Shown: positions 11,761 to 23,069, counted from the first letter of the stretch. The stretch is 64,000 bases of DNA from an uncultured Verrucomicrobiae bacterium (GCA_963812605.1 CAWEWF010000006.1:410942-474941), one strand, 5' to 3'. Program-made: numbers and translations. Notes: generated from the sequence alone by a model not told the origin.

Positions 11761-12309
11761 CTACCGGAAGGTCTTATCGTCGGTGCGGCGCAGGTCGATG
11801 CCGTCCTTGAAGACCTCAACCGTCACGATCGCGAAGGTGAACACGCTGGTACCGGATTCCAAGTGTCCACCAAAGGCCCTGTCCGGATCGGCCAGGGTAA
11901 GGTGGGCGTGAACGCGGCCATCGATTACATAGCCGTTCATGCTCACGATGTCAGCGGGGCCAGCAGGGTTCTTTACGTAGATGTTCCTGGAAGGAAAGGT
12001 TCCATTACTGACCGTATGGAAGTGATAGCCGCGAACTGACCCAATGCCCGCCAGTATCACGGCATTACGGATCTTTTCCTCTTTCACCATGCGCTCAAGG
12101 CCCGCGAGGAGGTCGGCCTGGTATTTGAAGCGCAGCACTACGATTCGGTCAAACTGCCCGTTCAGTGCATACACGTCCGGCACGGCGCTGCTGTTCGGCT
12201 TCGAATCTTCCGCCGCCGTGGTGGCGTTGGTCAACTCGGTGCGGATTGATTGGGCCGCGGTCACGCTCACGATTGCCAGAAGAGCCACAATTTGAATCAG
12301 TCGACGCAT
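11761..12309 (-). CDS. PPC-domain (DUF296) protein with N-terminal signal peptide
   Basis: AGIGSV, VHAHLTL, AFGGHL. Confidence 0.8.
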   Translation of the reverse strand: MRRLIQIVALLAIVSVTAAQSIRTELTNATTAAEDSKPNSSAVPDVYALNGQFDRIVVLRFKYQADLLAGLERMVKEEKIRNAVILAGIGSVRGYHFHTVSNGTFPSRNIYVKNPAGPADIVSMNGYVIDGRVHAHLTLADPDRAFGGHLESGTSVFTFAIVTVEVFKDGIDLRRTDDKTFR

Positions 12310-12413
12310 GGGATGTCTCCTTATATCAATGGAAGCATGATAATAGCCTGGCTGCAATCAAGGGGCCAGACCGCAGTTCTCATCCGGCTGTAGCCGCGGT
12401 TCGCCAACAGTAG

Positions 12414-13145
12414 TCAGTGGCTTGTCTTGTCAGTGGGAGCGACGTATCCGGGCAGATTCTTCGCTTCAGCAGAATGGGCGACCTTCACTGCCTCCAGCGT
12501 AGCTTCCTCGAAAGCATTCGTGCCATTCCCCAGATGAACGCGCGCGCGGAAGAAATCTGCCCAGTGGAAATCCGCGTAAGGACTTTCCGTCTGCAAGTAG
12601 CCGTCTTTTTCGCGCACAAGCCATGCCAGACTGCGATAGGGATCATCGCGCATACTTTCAATTGTGCGTGGAAGGCTCGTTGGATCAGGCAGGGGCTTCC
12701 CCGTTTCATCATGCAGGTAGACCCAATCCCGCTCCTTCATCCTGGCCCAGAATTCCGGCTCGGAAAGCTTCGACCAATTCTCTTTCACTTCGGCATACAG
12801 GGTCCGGCCTGCGTGCGCTTGCAGGAGCGCGCGCGCGAGGTGCTGATGATCCAACAGATAGGGAACCCCATCCGGACCAATCGCGATCGGCGCCACATGT
12901 TTGCGCAGGTAGTGATCCAGCTCATTCGCCGTCATTTTGCCGATTCTTTCCGCGCGGATTTCCACTTCTTTCATCCCTACGGCCGACTGGGTGGGACAAA
13001 GGATCGCTATTTCAACGGTACACATCGAGTGCGCGGGCAGATTGGGGTCAAAGGGAATGTCGCCCGCTGCCAGCGTCACCGAGACGGTGAACAAACAGGA
13101 ACAAAGAACCGCCCGAACGCAACGATTTACCGGAGAGAATTGCAT
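12414..13145 (-). CDS. ParB-like domain protein with probable signal peptide
   Basis: LCPTQSAVG, IGPDG.PYLLDHQHLARAL, DDPYRSLAW, DFHWADFFR. Confidence 0.75.
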   Translation of the reverse strand: MQFSPVNRCVRAVLCSCLFTVSVTLAAGDIPFDPNLPAHSMCTVEIAILCPTQSAVGMKEVEIRAERIGKMTANELDHYLRKHVAPIAIGPDGVPYLLDHQHLARALLQAHAGRTLYAEVKENWSKLSEPEFWARMKERDWVYLHDETGKPLPDPTSLPRTIESMRDDPYRSLAWLVREKDGYLQTESPYADFHWADFFRARVHLGNGTNAFEEATLEAVKVAHSAEAKNLPGYVAPTDKTSH

Positions 13146-13360
13146 GGCGAATAGTAGGAGGGTCAATCTGTGAGGATTTGCCGGCAACCGGGTAACAATG
13201 CGGTGACGACCGAAAACCTTGGCGAGCACAGGTCCCACGTCACCCGCCGGCCAAAGGGGATCAGTGAGATAAACCCTTTATCTGCCAACAAGATACAGAA
13301 ACCGCTGGCTTGGCAGGATTGCTGCTTATTTCGGTGTCCGAGGCACCGACAGAAGTTCAA

Positions 13361-13984
13361 ATGTCAGACTGGAGCCGGTTCAACTTGAGCGTTCAGGAAA
13401 TTAAAAACAAGATCGAGGAATTGAAGGGGATGCGGTCGCGACGGCGCAGATGGCTCGGAGGCACAAGCCTTGGTGCCCTGGGCATCACAACCGTTTGCCT
13501 GTTGATCGCCAGGAATGCCGCTGTGGGTTTACTCCAAGATGGTCCCACGCACGATGAATTCGTCGCCGACCTCACCCACCAAATCAGCAAACAGGTCTTG
13601 CCGCAAATGGACGGGTTTGACATTCAGGCATCTTATGGAAGACTTCCCTTGCCGGACACGGCTTCGCCCATCTCCCATCATCCCAAGGCTCGAACGAGCG
13701 AAGAGAAAACCGTCGTGGGAGTTTGCGGTGCCGCGGACGATCCGCAAAAGCCGCTGGGACGTTTTCGCGAGCAGACGGTGTCGGAGTACCAGACTACCGT
13801 GACCAAGATTGTCAGCGATCTCGCGGCCATTCGTGGCCGGGAAGGAAAGGACGCCCATGCCGGGTTGTCCGCCGGCGCGGTGGCCAGTTTGTTTGTCAGT
13901 CATGTGCAAGAAGAGCTTCCGAAGCCATCCCTGGAAAGTTACCGTCCGCCGGTCGACGTGAACTCATCGAAAGACGCCCGATGA
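13361..13984 (+). CDS. Hypothetical single-pass membrane protein
   Basis: ORF with basic stretch followed by one TM segment; stop overlaps the next start (ATGA). Confidence 0.55.
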   Translation: MSDWSRFNLSVQEIKNKIEELKGMRSRRRRWLGGTSLGALGITTVCLLIARNAAVGLLQDGPTHDEFVADLTHQISKQVLPQMDGFDIQASYGRLPLPDTASPISHHPKARTSEEKTVVGVCGAADDPQKPLGRFREQTVSEYQTTVTKIVSDLAAIRGREGKDAHAGLSAGAVASLFVSHVQEELPKPSLESYRPPVDVNSSKDAR

Positions 13985-14739
13985 TTTTATCCTCCGCTCG
14001 ACCCGAAACCGAACGCGGTGCCGACCGGGGCGAAGACGGTGCGCTCTCTTTTCTCGCGGAGCAGGTCGCCATTCATTACATTGACGAGCAGGTCGAAAAG
14101 GCCCGGCGATCCCTGCGCCGAACCCGAGTTTTTTGCCTCATCACCTTGTTCCTGATTCTGGGCTACATGAGCTTTGTTACCATCGCCATCCGCAACCGGC
14201 TCCTCCGTCCCGAGGCCGCTGCCGAGATGGCGGCCTACTATTTCTCCAGATTCGCCGCGCAGAATGACCGGGCGCCATCATCCAGCTTTGGGGAACAGCC
14301 ACGGGAATCGGCCATCCCGGTCTCCAGCAGCCTCACCATCAAGTCGGTCGGAAATCCGGAACGCACTTTTGCCGGGGTGAACCCCGCCAATGGTGATCCG
14401 GCCGTGGTGCAAGCCGAAGTGGCCGCTTACGTGCGGGGATTTATTTCGCAGCCCCAAGGAAATCTGCAGGACCTGGTCCGGGAGGCGCAGCATCCGAAGA
14501 CGGTTCAGCAGCTCAGCGACGAACTCGATCAGGAGATGCGCGAGCGCCTGCCTTCACGAGTCAGATACGGCTCGCCAGACCCGATCTATATGTCTTATGT
14601 GGATCAGAAACTGGCGACACTTGCGGAACTCGAATCGCAGTTTGATCGGCTGGCGCATGCTGACGACCTGACCCCATACGAAAGGACGCTACGCCATATC
14701 CTTGCGTCGACAATGGGTAGTGTCCATCAAGGCTCCTAA
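13981..14739 (+). CDS. Hypothetical single-pass membrane protein
   Basis: ATG coupled to previous stop; TM FCLITLFLILGYMSFVTIAI. Confidence 0.6.
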   Translation: MILSSARPETERGADRGEDGALSFLAEQVAIHYIDEQVEKARRSLRRTRVFCLITLFLILGYMSFVTIAIRNRLLRPEAAAEMAAYYFSRFAAQNDRAPSSSFGEQPRESAIPVSSSLTIKSVGNPERTFAGVNPANGDPAVVQAEVAAYVRGFISQPQGNLQDLVREAQHPKTVQQLSDELDQEMRERLPSRVRYGSPDPIYMSYVDQKLATLAELESQFDRLAHADDLTPYERTLRHILASTMGSVHQGS

Positions 14740-14828
14740 GTCCTTTCCCGATCGTTCAGCCCGGTCCGATCCTGATCCGAGCCCTCGACTACATCCTCTT
14801 CCGCCGTTGATTGGGAACCGATGTTTCG

Positions 14829-17123
14829 TTACGGCGCGGTTGGCGTGCTGATGTCGATGCGGTAATACTCATTCGACAGTACCGCATTCGTATCGGTAAT
14901 CGTGGCCTGATTGCCATTGATCACGGGACCAACGTAAGTGGTCAGTTGCGTCCAAACGCCACTGACCATGTCCGTGGTGAACTGCGGCGTGTAGGTGCGC
15001 CCGCCGGCCACGGGATTAAAGATCAGGTTGACCTGGGTCGGTTGCCCGGTCACGCTGGCGATCGTAAGCACGAACACCGAGGCCGGGTTGGTCGGATCGA
15101 GACCGGCGACAAACTTGAATTGGTTATTCTGGCCAGTGCCATCGAAATCAAATGCCGGGTCGGCTTGCGGGCAGTTGGTGCACATGAAGTATTGGAGCTG
15201 CCACTGGGAGAATGACAGCGCGGATGATGTCGTCGTGGCGCTGACCTCGGCGGAGTTGGCGCCTTCGTCGCAGACGCCTGCGACAGCCGAGACCACGTAA
15301 TAATAGGTCGTCCCGCTCGCCAAACCGGTATCGGTGTAGTTGGTCGCCACAATGCCGCTGACCATCAGGTTCGTGTACGGTCCGCCATGAGTTGTCGATC
15401 GCCCAACGTCGTAGCTGCTGGCTCCCGATACGGCGCTCCAGGCCAACGCCACCTGGCCGACTTCGCCAGTCGCTGTCACCCCCACGGGTGCAGCGGGCGC
15501 CGGCAGGATGATTTCGATCCCACTGGATTTAGCCTGGTCCACGGCGCCGTTCGAATACGTAATGGAAATCTGTCCATTAGCCGCGGGCGTGACGGCGTAC
15601 TGCTCGATCACCGCCGTGTTCATCCCGCCCGCCCTGGCGAAGATATCAAAGTTCGTCAGCACCTGTCTGCCGTTGATGAATACATTGAATTCCCTCTGTC
15701 CAGCGCCGCTGAAATAAATCTCAGCCTCATGCAGGCGCACCGTGTAGCTGGTGCCCGTCGTTAGACCGCTAAACGTGTACATGAAATTGCCATATCGCTC
15801 GGTTTTGTAAACGGCCTGGGGCGCGGGGTTGGTCACGGTGCTGGTGACAATCGTCGCGGTGCTCGTCGACGCGACCGTCCCGCCCGTCTCGTCCGTGTCG
15901 GCGACAAATGGGCTGGCCGCGCTGCCTCCTGAATTCACGGCAAAATAATACTCGTAGCCCACCGGGCTGGCGGCGGCTTCGTTGGAATTGGTGCTTTCGC
16001 CAATGGCATTCACGGCGGAAACCACGTAATAGTACTTGGTGCAGTTGGTGACGCTGGTGTCGGAATAGCTGGTCGCTGTGGTGCTGGCGTTGGTCGTGTA
16101 CGGTCCGCCGCTGTGGGTTGCCCGCTTCACATTGTAGCTCACGGTATTGGTCGAGGCATTCCAATTCAGCAAGACGGATGGGCCAACTGCGGTTGCTGTC
16201 AATCCCGTGGGTGTTGGCGGGGGTATCGTCGTCGGAACAAACTGATAGACGCGGACGTAATCCACCTGAATTTCCTGGGGCAGAGAAGCCGCGATGCTGT
16301 TGGTAGACGGATTGCCAACGTAGTTGCCGCCAGTAGCGAGATTCATGAGCAGGAAAAATGGCTGGTTGAAGGGGAACGGATACGCGTTTGTCGTGGAACT
16401 GCCCCAACTGGTTTGGGTTTCATAGGCCACACCATCGACCGACCATGTAATCGAGACCGAGGTGCTCGAGTTGGACACCCAATCCAAATCGTAAACATGG
16501 AAGTTGGTGACCGAGTCGCCACTGGTGAAATTGTAAACCTGGGTCGCATCGGTTCCGGAGTGGATGCTTCCCTGTTCGAAATTGGGTGTACCATTATTCT
16601 CCACCACATCGATTTCCCCGCAGCCCGGCCAGAGGGTGCCGACAATGTTGGTTCCCATCATCCAGAGTGCCGGCCACATGCCGACGCCGGAAGGGAACCG
16701 GGCGCGCCACTCGATGCGCCCATAGAGCGTCCAAAAAAGGCCCTGGGTCTTCATGCGGGCGGAAGTGAAGCGGAATATGTTGGTGGTTGTGCCGTTGACC
16801 ACGTTGGTGTTCTCTACTTGAGCATGGATATGCAGCAAGCCGCCGGCAACGAAAGCGTTGTTGGTGCGGCCGGTGTAAAACTCCAACTCATTGTTGCCCC
16901 AGCCGCCGTTGTTGCCGCTTTCGAAATTCCACTTGGTGTTATCGACATTGGAACTGGTAACGCTATTGAACTCGTCGCTCCAGATGAGTGACAAGCTTTG
17001 GCCGCGTGCCGTGGTCACTGGGACCCCGAGCAGGCCCAAGAGTAGTAGCGTGGCAACGACGAGGGTCGAAAGCAGGCGGTGGGTTCGAGACAGCGAAACA
17101 AGGATGCGGCGTAATACAGTCAT
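14829..17123 (-). CDS. Secreted GH16 glycoside hydrolase with FN3 and malectin domains
   Basis: WSDEFN, FTSARM, WPALWMMG, GEIDVVE; YYYVVSAV (FN3); VRLHEAEIYF..REFNVFING (malectin); start uncertain. Confidence 0.88.
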   Translation of the reverse strand: MTVLRRILVSLSRTHRLLSTLVVATLLLLGLLGVPVTTARGQSLSLIWSDEFNSVTSSNVDNTKWNFESGNNGGWGNNELEFYTGRTNNAFVAGGLLHIHAQVENTNVVNGTTTNIFRFTSARMKTQGLFWTLYGRIEWRARFPSGVGMWPALWMMGTNIVGTLWPGCGEIDVVENNGTPNFEQGSIHSGTDATQVYNFTSGDSVTNFHVYDLDWVSNSSTSVSITWSVDGVAYETQTSWGSSTTNAYPFPFNQPFFLLMNLATGGNYVGNPSTNSIAASLPQEIQVDYVRVYQFVPTTIPPPTPTGLTATAVGPSVLLNWNASTNTVSYNVKRATHSGGPYTTNASTTATSYSDTSVTNCTKYYYVVSAVNAIGESTNSNEAAASPVGYEYYFAVNSGGSAASPFVADTDETGGTVASTSTATIVTSTVTNPAPQAVYKTERYGNFMYTFSGLTTGTSYTVRLHEAEIYFSGAGQREFNVFINGRQVLTNFDIFARAGGMNTAVIEQYAVTPAANGQISITYSNGAVDQAKSSGIEIILPAPAAPVGVTATGEVGQVALAWSAVSGASSYDVGRSTTHGGPYTNLMVSGIVATNYTDTGLASGTTYYYVVSAVAGVCDEGANSAEVSATTTSSALSFSQWQLQYFMCTNCPQADPAFDFDGTGQNNQFKFVAGLDPTNPASVFVLTIASVTGQPTQVNLIFNPVAGGRTYTPQFTTDMVSGVWTQLTTYVGPVINGNQATITDTNAVLSNEYYRIDISTPTAP

Positions 17124-17505
17124 CGTGAACTGGTCCCGTATTGAACTGGCTTTACTAGTATGCCCAACTTGCCACCAAAGTGCAACCCCAAAGATGGATG
17201 ACAACGTTTTCATTGTAGGCTCAACTGCGATAACGAGATACAAAGGCGAAATCAGCTTGCATCAGGGTATTACATCCAAAAGTGCCCGACCAAGATTTCG
17301 TTTGCAGAATACCGCGGCGCAGCAATTGGGTGTCGTGTGTAACAGGAGAGGTTTTTCGCAGAGAAGCCAAGCTGTTCCCAGAGGCGATAATCGAACTCTT
17401 CCAAATGAGAGGATTTGGTGCGGTTTTTCAAACATCAGATCGCCTGTAAGCCAGAGTAATATTGATTTACAAGACGTTAGATCGGTTGCTCCTTTCATCT
17501 GAAAC

Positions 17506-17521
17506 TGGTGCGATTGCTGCT
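17506..17521 (+). promoter_or_regulatory. Possible sigma-54 (-24/-12) promoter
   Basis: TGGTGCGATTGCTGCT = GG-N10-GC just upstream of a PEP-CTERM gene. Confidence 0.45.
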
Positions 17522-17538
17522 AAAGCACAGCCCTGACG

Positions 17539-18297
17539 ATGGGATTCAGGGCAAAAAACGTCATAGCGGGTTGTCTTGTAGTTACCGCACTGGTTGTCGC
17601 GTCTGTAACGCACGCTCTAACCTTCACTGGCTCGGGTCCGGGCAATGATCCCGGCGAAACATTAGAAGCGTCGGCGACGTTCAGCGTTTCCAATCAGGAT
17701 CTGGTTGTCACACTCTCCAATACCGGCGCCTTTGACCCGAACGATGCTCCCGACATACTCACGGCGATTCTCTTCACGATCGCCGGAGATCCGATCCTGA
17801 CGCCCGTCTCCGCCCAGGTCGCACCCGGTAGTTTTCTCACCGGTCATCGCCTGCTGCCCGGTTTTATGGGCGACGTTGGCAGCCAATGGGCCTATCGAAA
17901 CGGCCTGGCCGGCGCCCCGCTCGGGGCAAATGAAGGAATCTCCAGCACCGATCTGAACTGGTTTGGGAAGAAGAATCTTTTTTCAACCGTGAAAATCCCC
18001 GGAGCCAAGTCATTCAATGGCGTGTCCTTCGGGCTCACCACGCTCTTTGATTTTCCCGCCAATGACCGCGGCAGTATCAAGAACCAGACCTTGATCGAGA
18101 ACTCGGCCGTTTTCGTTTTCTCCGGGCTGCCGGCGGAGTTTGCTGTGTCGAGCATCTCCAACGTCACTTTCCAGTACGGCACCAGCGTCAAACAACCAGA
18201 ACTCATGGGCGTAGCGCTTATTCCCGAACCCACCACCATCTTGCTGGCGGCCGCAGGCCTGGGAGCCCTGGCGTTTTCATGCCGCCGGCGAGTGTAG
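17539..18297 (+). CDS. PEP-CTERM (exosortase-dependent) surface protein
   Basis: Signal peptide; NVTFQYGT; C-terminal IPEPTT-hydrophobic-RRR. Confidence 0.88.
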   Translation: MGFRAKNVIAGCLVVTALVVASVTHALTFTGSGPGNDPGETLEASATFSVSNQDLVVTLSNTGAFDPNDAPDILTAILFTIAGDPILTPVSAQVAPGSFLTGHRLLPGFMGDVGSQWAYRNGLAGAPLGANEGISSTDLNWFGKKNLFSTVKIPGAKSFNGVSFGLTTLFDFPANDRGSIKNQTLIENSAVFVFSGLPAEFAVSSISNVTFQYGTSVKQPELMGVALIPEPTTILLAAAGLGALAFSCRRRV

Positions 18298-18403
18298 GCG
18301 GCATTACAAAGATTACGGCCCGAGGCGAACACGGTAGTAGCGGCCAGGGCCATTGGTCACCCCGCCCGCGTCGAGATAACACATCAGGACACGGCACACG
18401 TAC

Positions 18404-18445
18404 AAAAAAACTCACACACGCCGCGACTGCGGCGTGTGTGAGAAA
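18404..18445. terminator. Intrinsic terminator hairpin between convergent PEP-CTERM genes
   Basis: ctcacacacgccgc-gact-gcggcgtgtgtgag with adjacent A7 (U-tract on minus strand). Confidence 0.8.
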
Positions 18446-18478
18446 GCGGGGTCTAACCCCCATCGAAATAACTCAGGA

Positions 18479-19203
18479 TTAGCGACTGCGACGACGACGC
18501 ATCAACAATGGTAAACCAACGAGAAGGCCCATCGGCCCCAAGCATCAACGAAGACGGCTCAGGAACGGCCACCAAACTAAGGTCATCAATCCAAGTACCG
18601 GCAGACCCGTTACTCTCCACCACATCGACGGAGATTGCATATACGTCCATATAGGCCGTCCCGGCGGGCGCGGTGAAAACGCCAGTATCCAGGGGAATCC
18701 AGAACTGATTGCCCTGAACCCCGGTGCTAATCGTGACGTTGTTGGAATTAATCTGGTTCGAGAATATGGCGTGTGCCCGGACTAGTCTGCACGGTACCTA
18801 GGTTCGCACCGGCTGCACTGAAGAAAGTGGCCTGGACGCCAGAAAAACCGCTGACAATGCTATTAGTGACCAAACCATAAGCCGTCAGGTCAAACTCCGA
18901 GCCAGCCGTTATATTCGTAAGCTGGGATTGAGCGGTCCTTCGAAGGCAAGGTTCACAGCATTACTACCCGCCGGCAGCCTAAAAGAGTGACCTCCTGTCG
19001 GTGGCGTGGCTGGTGTACGGGAGAAACCGGTCGAGCGTACCGCACCGCCAAGGTTCCAACCGCCCGCGCTTGCCGCCGTATTAAGCTCCTCACTTGGATC
19101 GATCAATAGGTTTTGGGCCGATGCTGAAAAAGTGGAAATGAGACAGGCCAGTGCTGAGATACCGCCCAACAAGCAAAACTCGCTTCAATGTAACCGTTTG
19201 CAT
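18479..19203 (-). pseudogene. PEP-CTERM protein broken by several frameshifts (pseudogene or sequencing error)
   Basis: Pieces in different frames: MQTVTLKRVLL, ASAQNLLIDPS, VQATFFSAAGANLGT, WIDDLSLVAVPEPSSL, LLMRRRRSR*. Confidence 0.7.
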
Positions 19204-19536
19204 AAACCCTTCCCTCGCCTTTCTGCTTTCGATTTAACTCGCCCGCGTCGACAAACCTTTTGCTTCTCCGCCTCCCATCATACAAATCCGCATGGCTAAT
19301 GCAAGCGTTTTCTTTTAGGGATAACCAGTCTTTTTACCACCCTGCCACCTCTCAAATTTGAGGCGATTACTTGGAATCCATTTACTAGCATCGCCAACTC
19401 TTGACGACATAAGCTATGTAACCGCCCAAGAGAGAAGTTCTTATGGAGAAGTGTAAATACGATTCAAGTCTCCACTTCACCTTCAATACCCTTACTCCAA
19501 CTTTCAAACCTGGCCAGGGAGACGGTTATTACAAGA

Positions 19537-21872
19537 CTAACGATACTGATCGCCAGCGACCACCACAGGATTGCAGGTGAAAAACGCACGACAATCTGCC
19601 CCTGACCGGCTTGCTGGAATTACGAGGCCTTGGAACGCCCCGAAAACTTCGATCAGTTTTATCCGCTCATTGTCAGTCACCCAGCCGGGGTAAAATGTTT
19701 GTGACACAAAAATGATGCCTGGGCGCGTCAGGTTGTAAGAGACGGTGTACTTCTCCGGTGTCACGCTCTCGATCTGAACCACATCATTAGTATCTGTCTC
19801 CTGACTTTGCTCGTCTCCCGTCGGCAGGTCGACCGTTGGGAAATCGCGCACAGCGGCTACACTGCTCCAATTTATCTCGCCGTCTTCCAACGCTCCCAGT
19901 AAAGCGGCCGTGGAATCGTAGCGACGGACTCGTGAGAAGAATCGGGCGCGCGGGAACGTATGCGTGACTTCGGCGAGCAGATAAGGACCTGGCGCGTCCC
20001 TGACCGCGACGGCCTTGATATTTTGAATCGCGAGCTTGGCATTCTCATTGGTGATGCTTTGAAATCGCGCCACCGTATCCAAATAAAAACTCGTGTACCC
20101 CTCGGGAACCTCCATGAAGTCATGGAAATACGGCAGGTTTTGAAACGTGGCCACCTCCTCGTGAAGGCCGCCCTGGGTGATCTGACCGAAACGGTAGGGT
20201 CCCCAGCGTTCGCGGTCATCCTTCAAGAGCGTAAGCAAACTGTTGGTTTCTGGGAAACACCTGTCAGGGCTGGCTCCTCCGCGCTGAATGTCCCCATACG
20301 CATGATAGAAATCAGCAACGGAGACGGCTAGCAGGCTGCACAAACACAGTTGTTGCATCCGTCGCCGATGACTGCGAACTGCGCCAATGACCGCGCACGC
20401 GCAGAGGGCACTCACCGCCAAAGCGAAAGACGTTTCGTGGCGCGACCAATTCAGCCTGTCAACACGCTGCAGCGCGGACGGCAGATGCTCCGCACCGAAA
20501 AACAGCGCCGACGCAAGACCGGCACAGGTTGCGGCCGGCAGAAGACCGGCCAGCAACGCAGCGGCTGCGCGCGGCATCTGAGCACCTCCACCGAATAAGC
20601 GCTGAGAACCGCGGCGGCAAAGGTGGCCACACAGGACATTTTGGCCGGCCCGCGGAACATCGATACCCCGGGGAGGATGTGGTACAGGACTTGAAATAAG
20701 CCGCCGTATCGGCCCAACATGAACCAGGTTGCCACGGCCCAGGTCGCCACAAAAAAGCCAACCAGCTGCCGGTTCTCGATGCTCCGCCAATTGCAGAGAA
20801 CCAGCAGGAGTGCGACCCAGAAGATTTGCCCGGCATAAGACCCAAATTCCCAGTACAGCCAATAGCCTCCCCCGTTTCCGAACTGGTTTTGGATGACGGT
20901 AGCGCTGCGCGGATCGAAACCCCAAAACGCAACCGGTGAGTTCGTGAACTGGGTCTCCCCGAAGAAATTGGGCACAAGCAGGGTCAGGAGCTGATCGTAC
21001 GGCAGCGAGATGTCCGCCACGGTGTCAAGCGACTGATGCGGTCGTCCCGTGTGCAACCAGTTTTCCGCCGCCGGAATCACCATGCAGGCGCTCAAGCCGA
21101 AAACGAGGAGGAATGTCCCAACCAGTTTCGGCGCATCCTTCCCCGCTATTTGCCAGATCGTTAATTTCCAATCCGAATTTTGTTCCCGGCGCCGGCCATA
21201 GCAGCGATACAGCCAATAAGCGATGACCAGATACCAGCAGTAAACGGTGGTCTGCTGATGTCCCGCCAGCAACGACAGGAGCATGGCCCCGCCGAGACCC
21301 AGCCAGGCGCGGCGGCCTCCGCCGGACGTGAGGCTATGCACGCAGAGAAGTTGTAGCGGAAGCCATGCATACACCTGAATCATGACAAAATTCACGATCC
21401 GAAGTGAAGCGAAGCCGGAGAGAGAAAAGACGAGCGCGCCGGCGAGCGCCGCCATGGGACTGAGTTTGAGCCGTTTGAGAAACGCATACATGAGCAAGCC
21501 GCCCAGCAGGTAATGGAGAACGATGTAGCGCTGATAAACCAGGAACGGCAACCGTCCATCTTCTACGAAGGGAACCAGGAGCCATTGCGGCGGATAAAAC
21601 ACGGCCATCTGAGGATCAGAATAAAACGGCAGGCCATCGCGAACGCCCGGAAACCAAAGGGGAAAACGGCCGCCCTGGATCGATTTCGCGAAGTAATTCA
21701 CACCGGGATAGAACTCCGTCAGGGTGTCGTCCGAGATATACGACCGCCCGATCCAGAAGCCCCAATAAAAGAAGACGAGGGTCAATACCAGGGCGGCGAT
21801 GGCGACCGCATCCGGATTCCATTGCCGGCTGGGCCGGATCTGGTTGTCAGCGGCCCCGAGATTTATCATCAC
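19537..21872 (-). CDS. YfhO-like multi-pass membrane protein (GT-C-like), frameshift near 20545
   Basis: GRFPLW.P...GLPFYSDPQMAVFYPP; many TMs; SQTFYPGW near the C-terminus. Confidence 0.8.
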
Positions 21873-22191
21873 AAATCCAGATTGCGATTTCCCAAGGAAT
21901 GACTTTCATGATACGGCGTCCCTTCCCTCCTGCGCATTCTTAACGAGCAGGTGCGGGCGGAGTCAACGAGATTACAGATTGTAATAATTCTGGCGCTCCC
22001 TGACGGCGATTCCGCAGTAACTCCTTTCATCTAAGCCATATCCCAATTGGGTTCGGAAGGCCCTTGCGGCGTTGCTTCCAAGGTGCAGTTTCATTGTGGT
22101 AACCAGCCGAAAAGCCTTGCTTTCCCTGCCCTGTATGGCAACATCGTGACGGTCGCGGTCCAAACCATCATGTGAAAAGAGGTAGAAGTAT

Positions 22192-22365
22192 ATGAAAAGG
22201 TGTCTACAGAAACTTGTTCGCGGGGTCAAGAAGCAATCAGGTCAGAGTCTGGTGGAGTACGCGCTGATTCTGGCTTTGATCGCGGTCGTGGCGATCCTGG
22301 TTCTTCAAGGACTCGGCGGCAAGGTCAATAATACGCTGTCGTCCGTCAACGCGAACCTGCCCTAA
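22192..22365 (+). CDS. Flp family type IVb pilin (57 aa, missing from ORF track)
   Basis: MKRCLQKLVRGVKKQSG|QSLVEYALILALIAVVAILVLQGLGGKVNNTLSSVNANLP; G|xxxxEY prepilin motif; gaggtag RBS-like sequence upstream. Confidence 0.9.
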   Translation: MKRCLQKLVRGVKKQSGQSLVEYALILALIAVVAILVLQGLGGKVNNTLSSVNANLP

Positions 22366-22462
22366 AGCGGCAGGGCGCGTCGCGCGCGGGCTGATTCGTC
22401 GGTATTCCACCGCCAGTTTCCCGGGCGATTCGCTCGGGGTGTGGAACGACGCGCAAAGTTTG

Positions 22463-22664
22463 TTATTGAGTTCCCTGCACTCGCGCCAGGTTCCTTTGCG
22501 CCAGGATGAAATCGGGCCAGATTCGCAACGCCTGCAGGGTCAGCCACAACAAGATGGCACTGGCGTAGTGCAGCGCGAGATTGACCACGCGGTACCCGAC
22601 CGGGCGATTGCCCCATAACCGCCACTCCAACCACCACAAACTTCCAATCAACGGATAGTAGTCC
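22463..22664 (-). pseudogene. Internally deleted remnant of a TMTC-like membrane/TPR protein
   Basis: DYYPLIGSLWWLEWRLWG..PVGYRVVNLALH joined directly to the TPR-type tail ALRIWPDFILAQRNLARV*. Confidence 0.6.
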
Positions 22665-22684
22665 GCCGCGTCCGTCGGGTTGAT

Positions 22685-23069
22685 TTAGCAATCCCGCGTG
22701 CCCGGTTTATCACCGCAACAAACCCAGTACACCCAAGCGATCAACACTGCCTTGAAGGGGAAGACGCGCCCATAATGTCCATTGCGGTATTTGCACGCCA
22801 GGCCAGCCATGCAAGGCCACTTGCACGTTCGCCGGGAAAACGGCCACCAGCAGGACAATCAGACCCCAGCCCGCCAGCCGCCGCATTTTGGGGATGAGAA
22901 CACCCAACCCCCCGGCTATTTCCGCAACGCCGCTCGCAATGATCAGCCCCGCGTGCCAAGGAAGATACGGCGGCATCATGGTGAGATAAGGGCCCGGATT
23001 CAGAAAATGATTCGCACCGGCCGCCACAAAGAATACAGCCAGGATCCAGAGTGCAACGGCGCGAGTCAT
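22685..23069 (-). CDS. DoxX-like membrane protein, frameshift near 22750
   Basis: AGANHF, MMPPYLP, SGVAEI, AVFPAN, WARLPLQ. Confidence 0.8.

Noticed and set aside
19204-19536. Riboswitch in the AT-rich intergenic region upstream of the PEP-CTERM gene
   Set aside because: No recognisable aptamer motif by eye; an Rfam scan would be needed.
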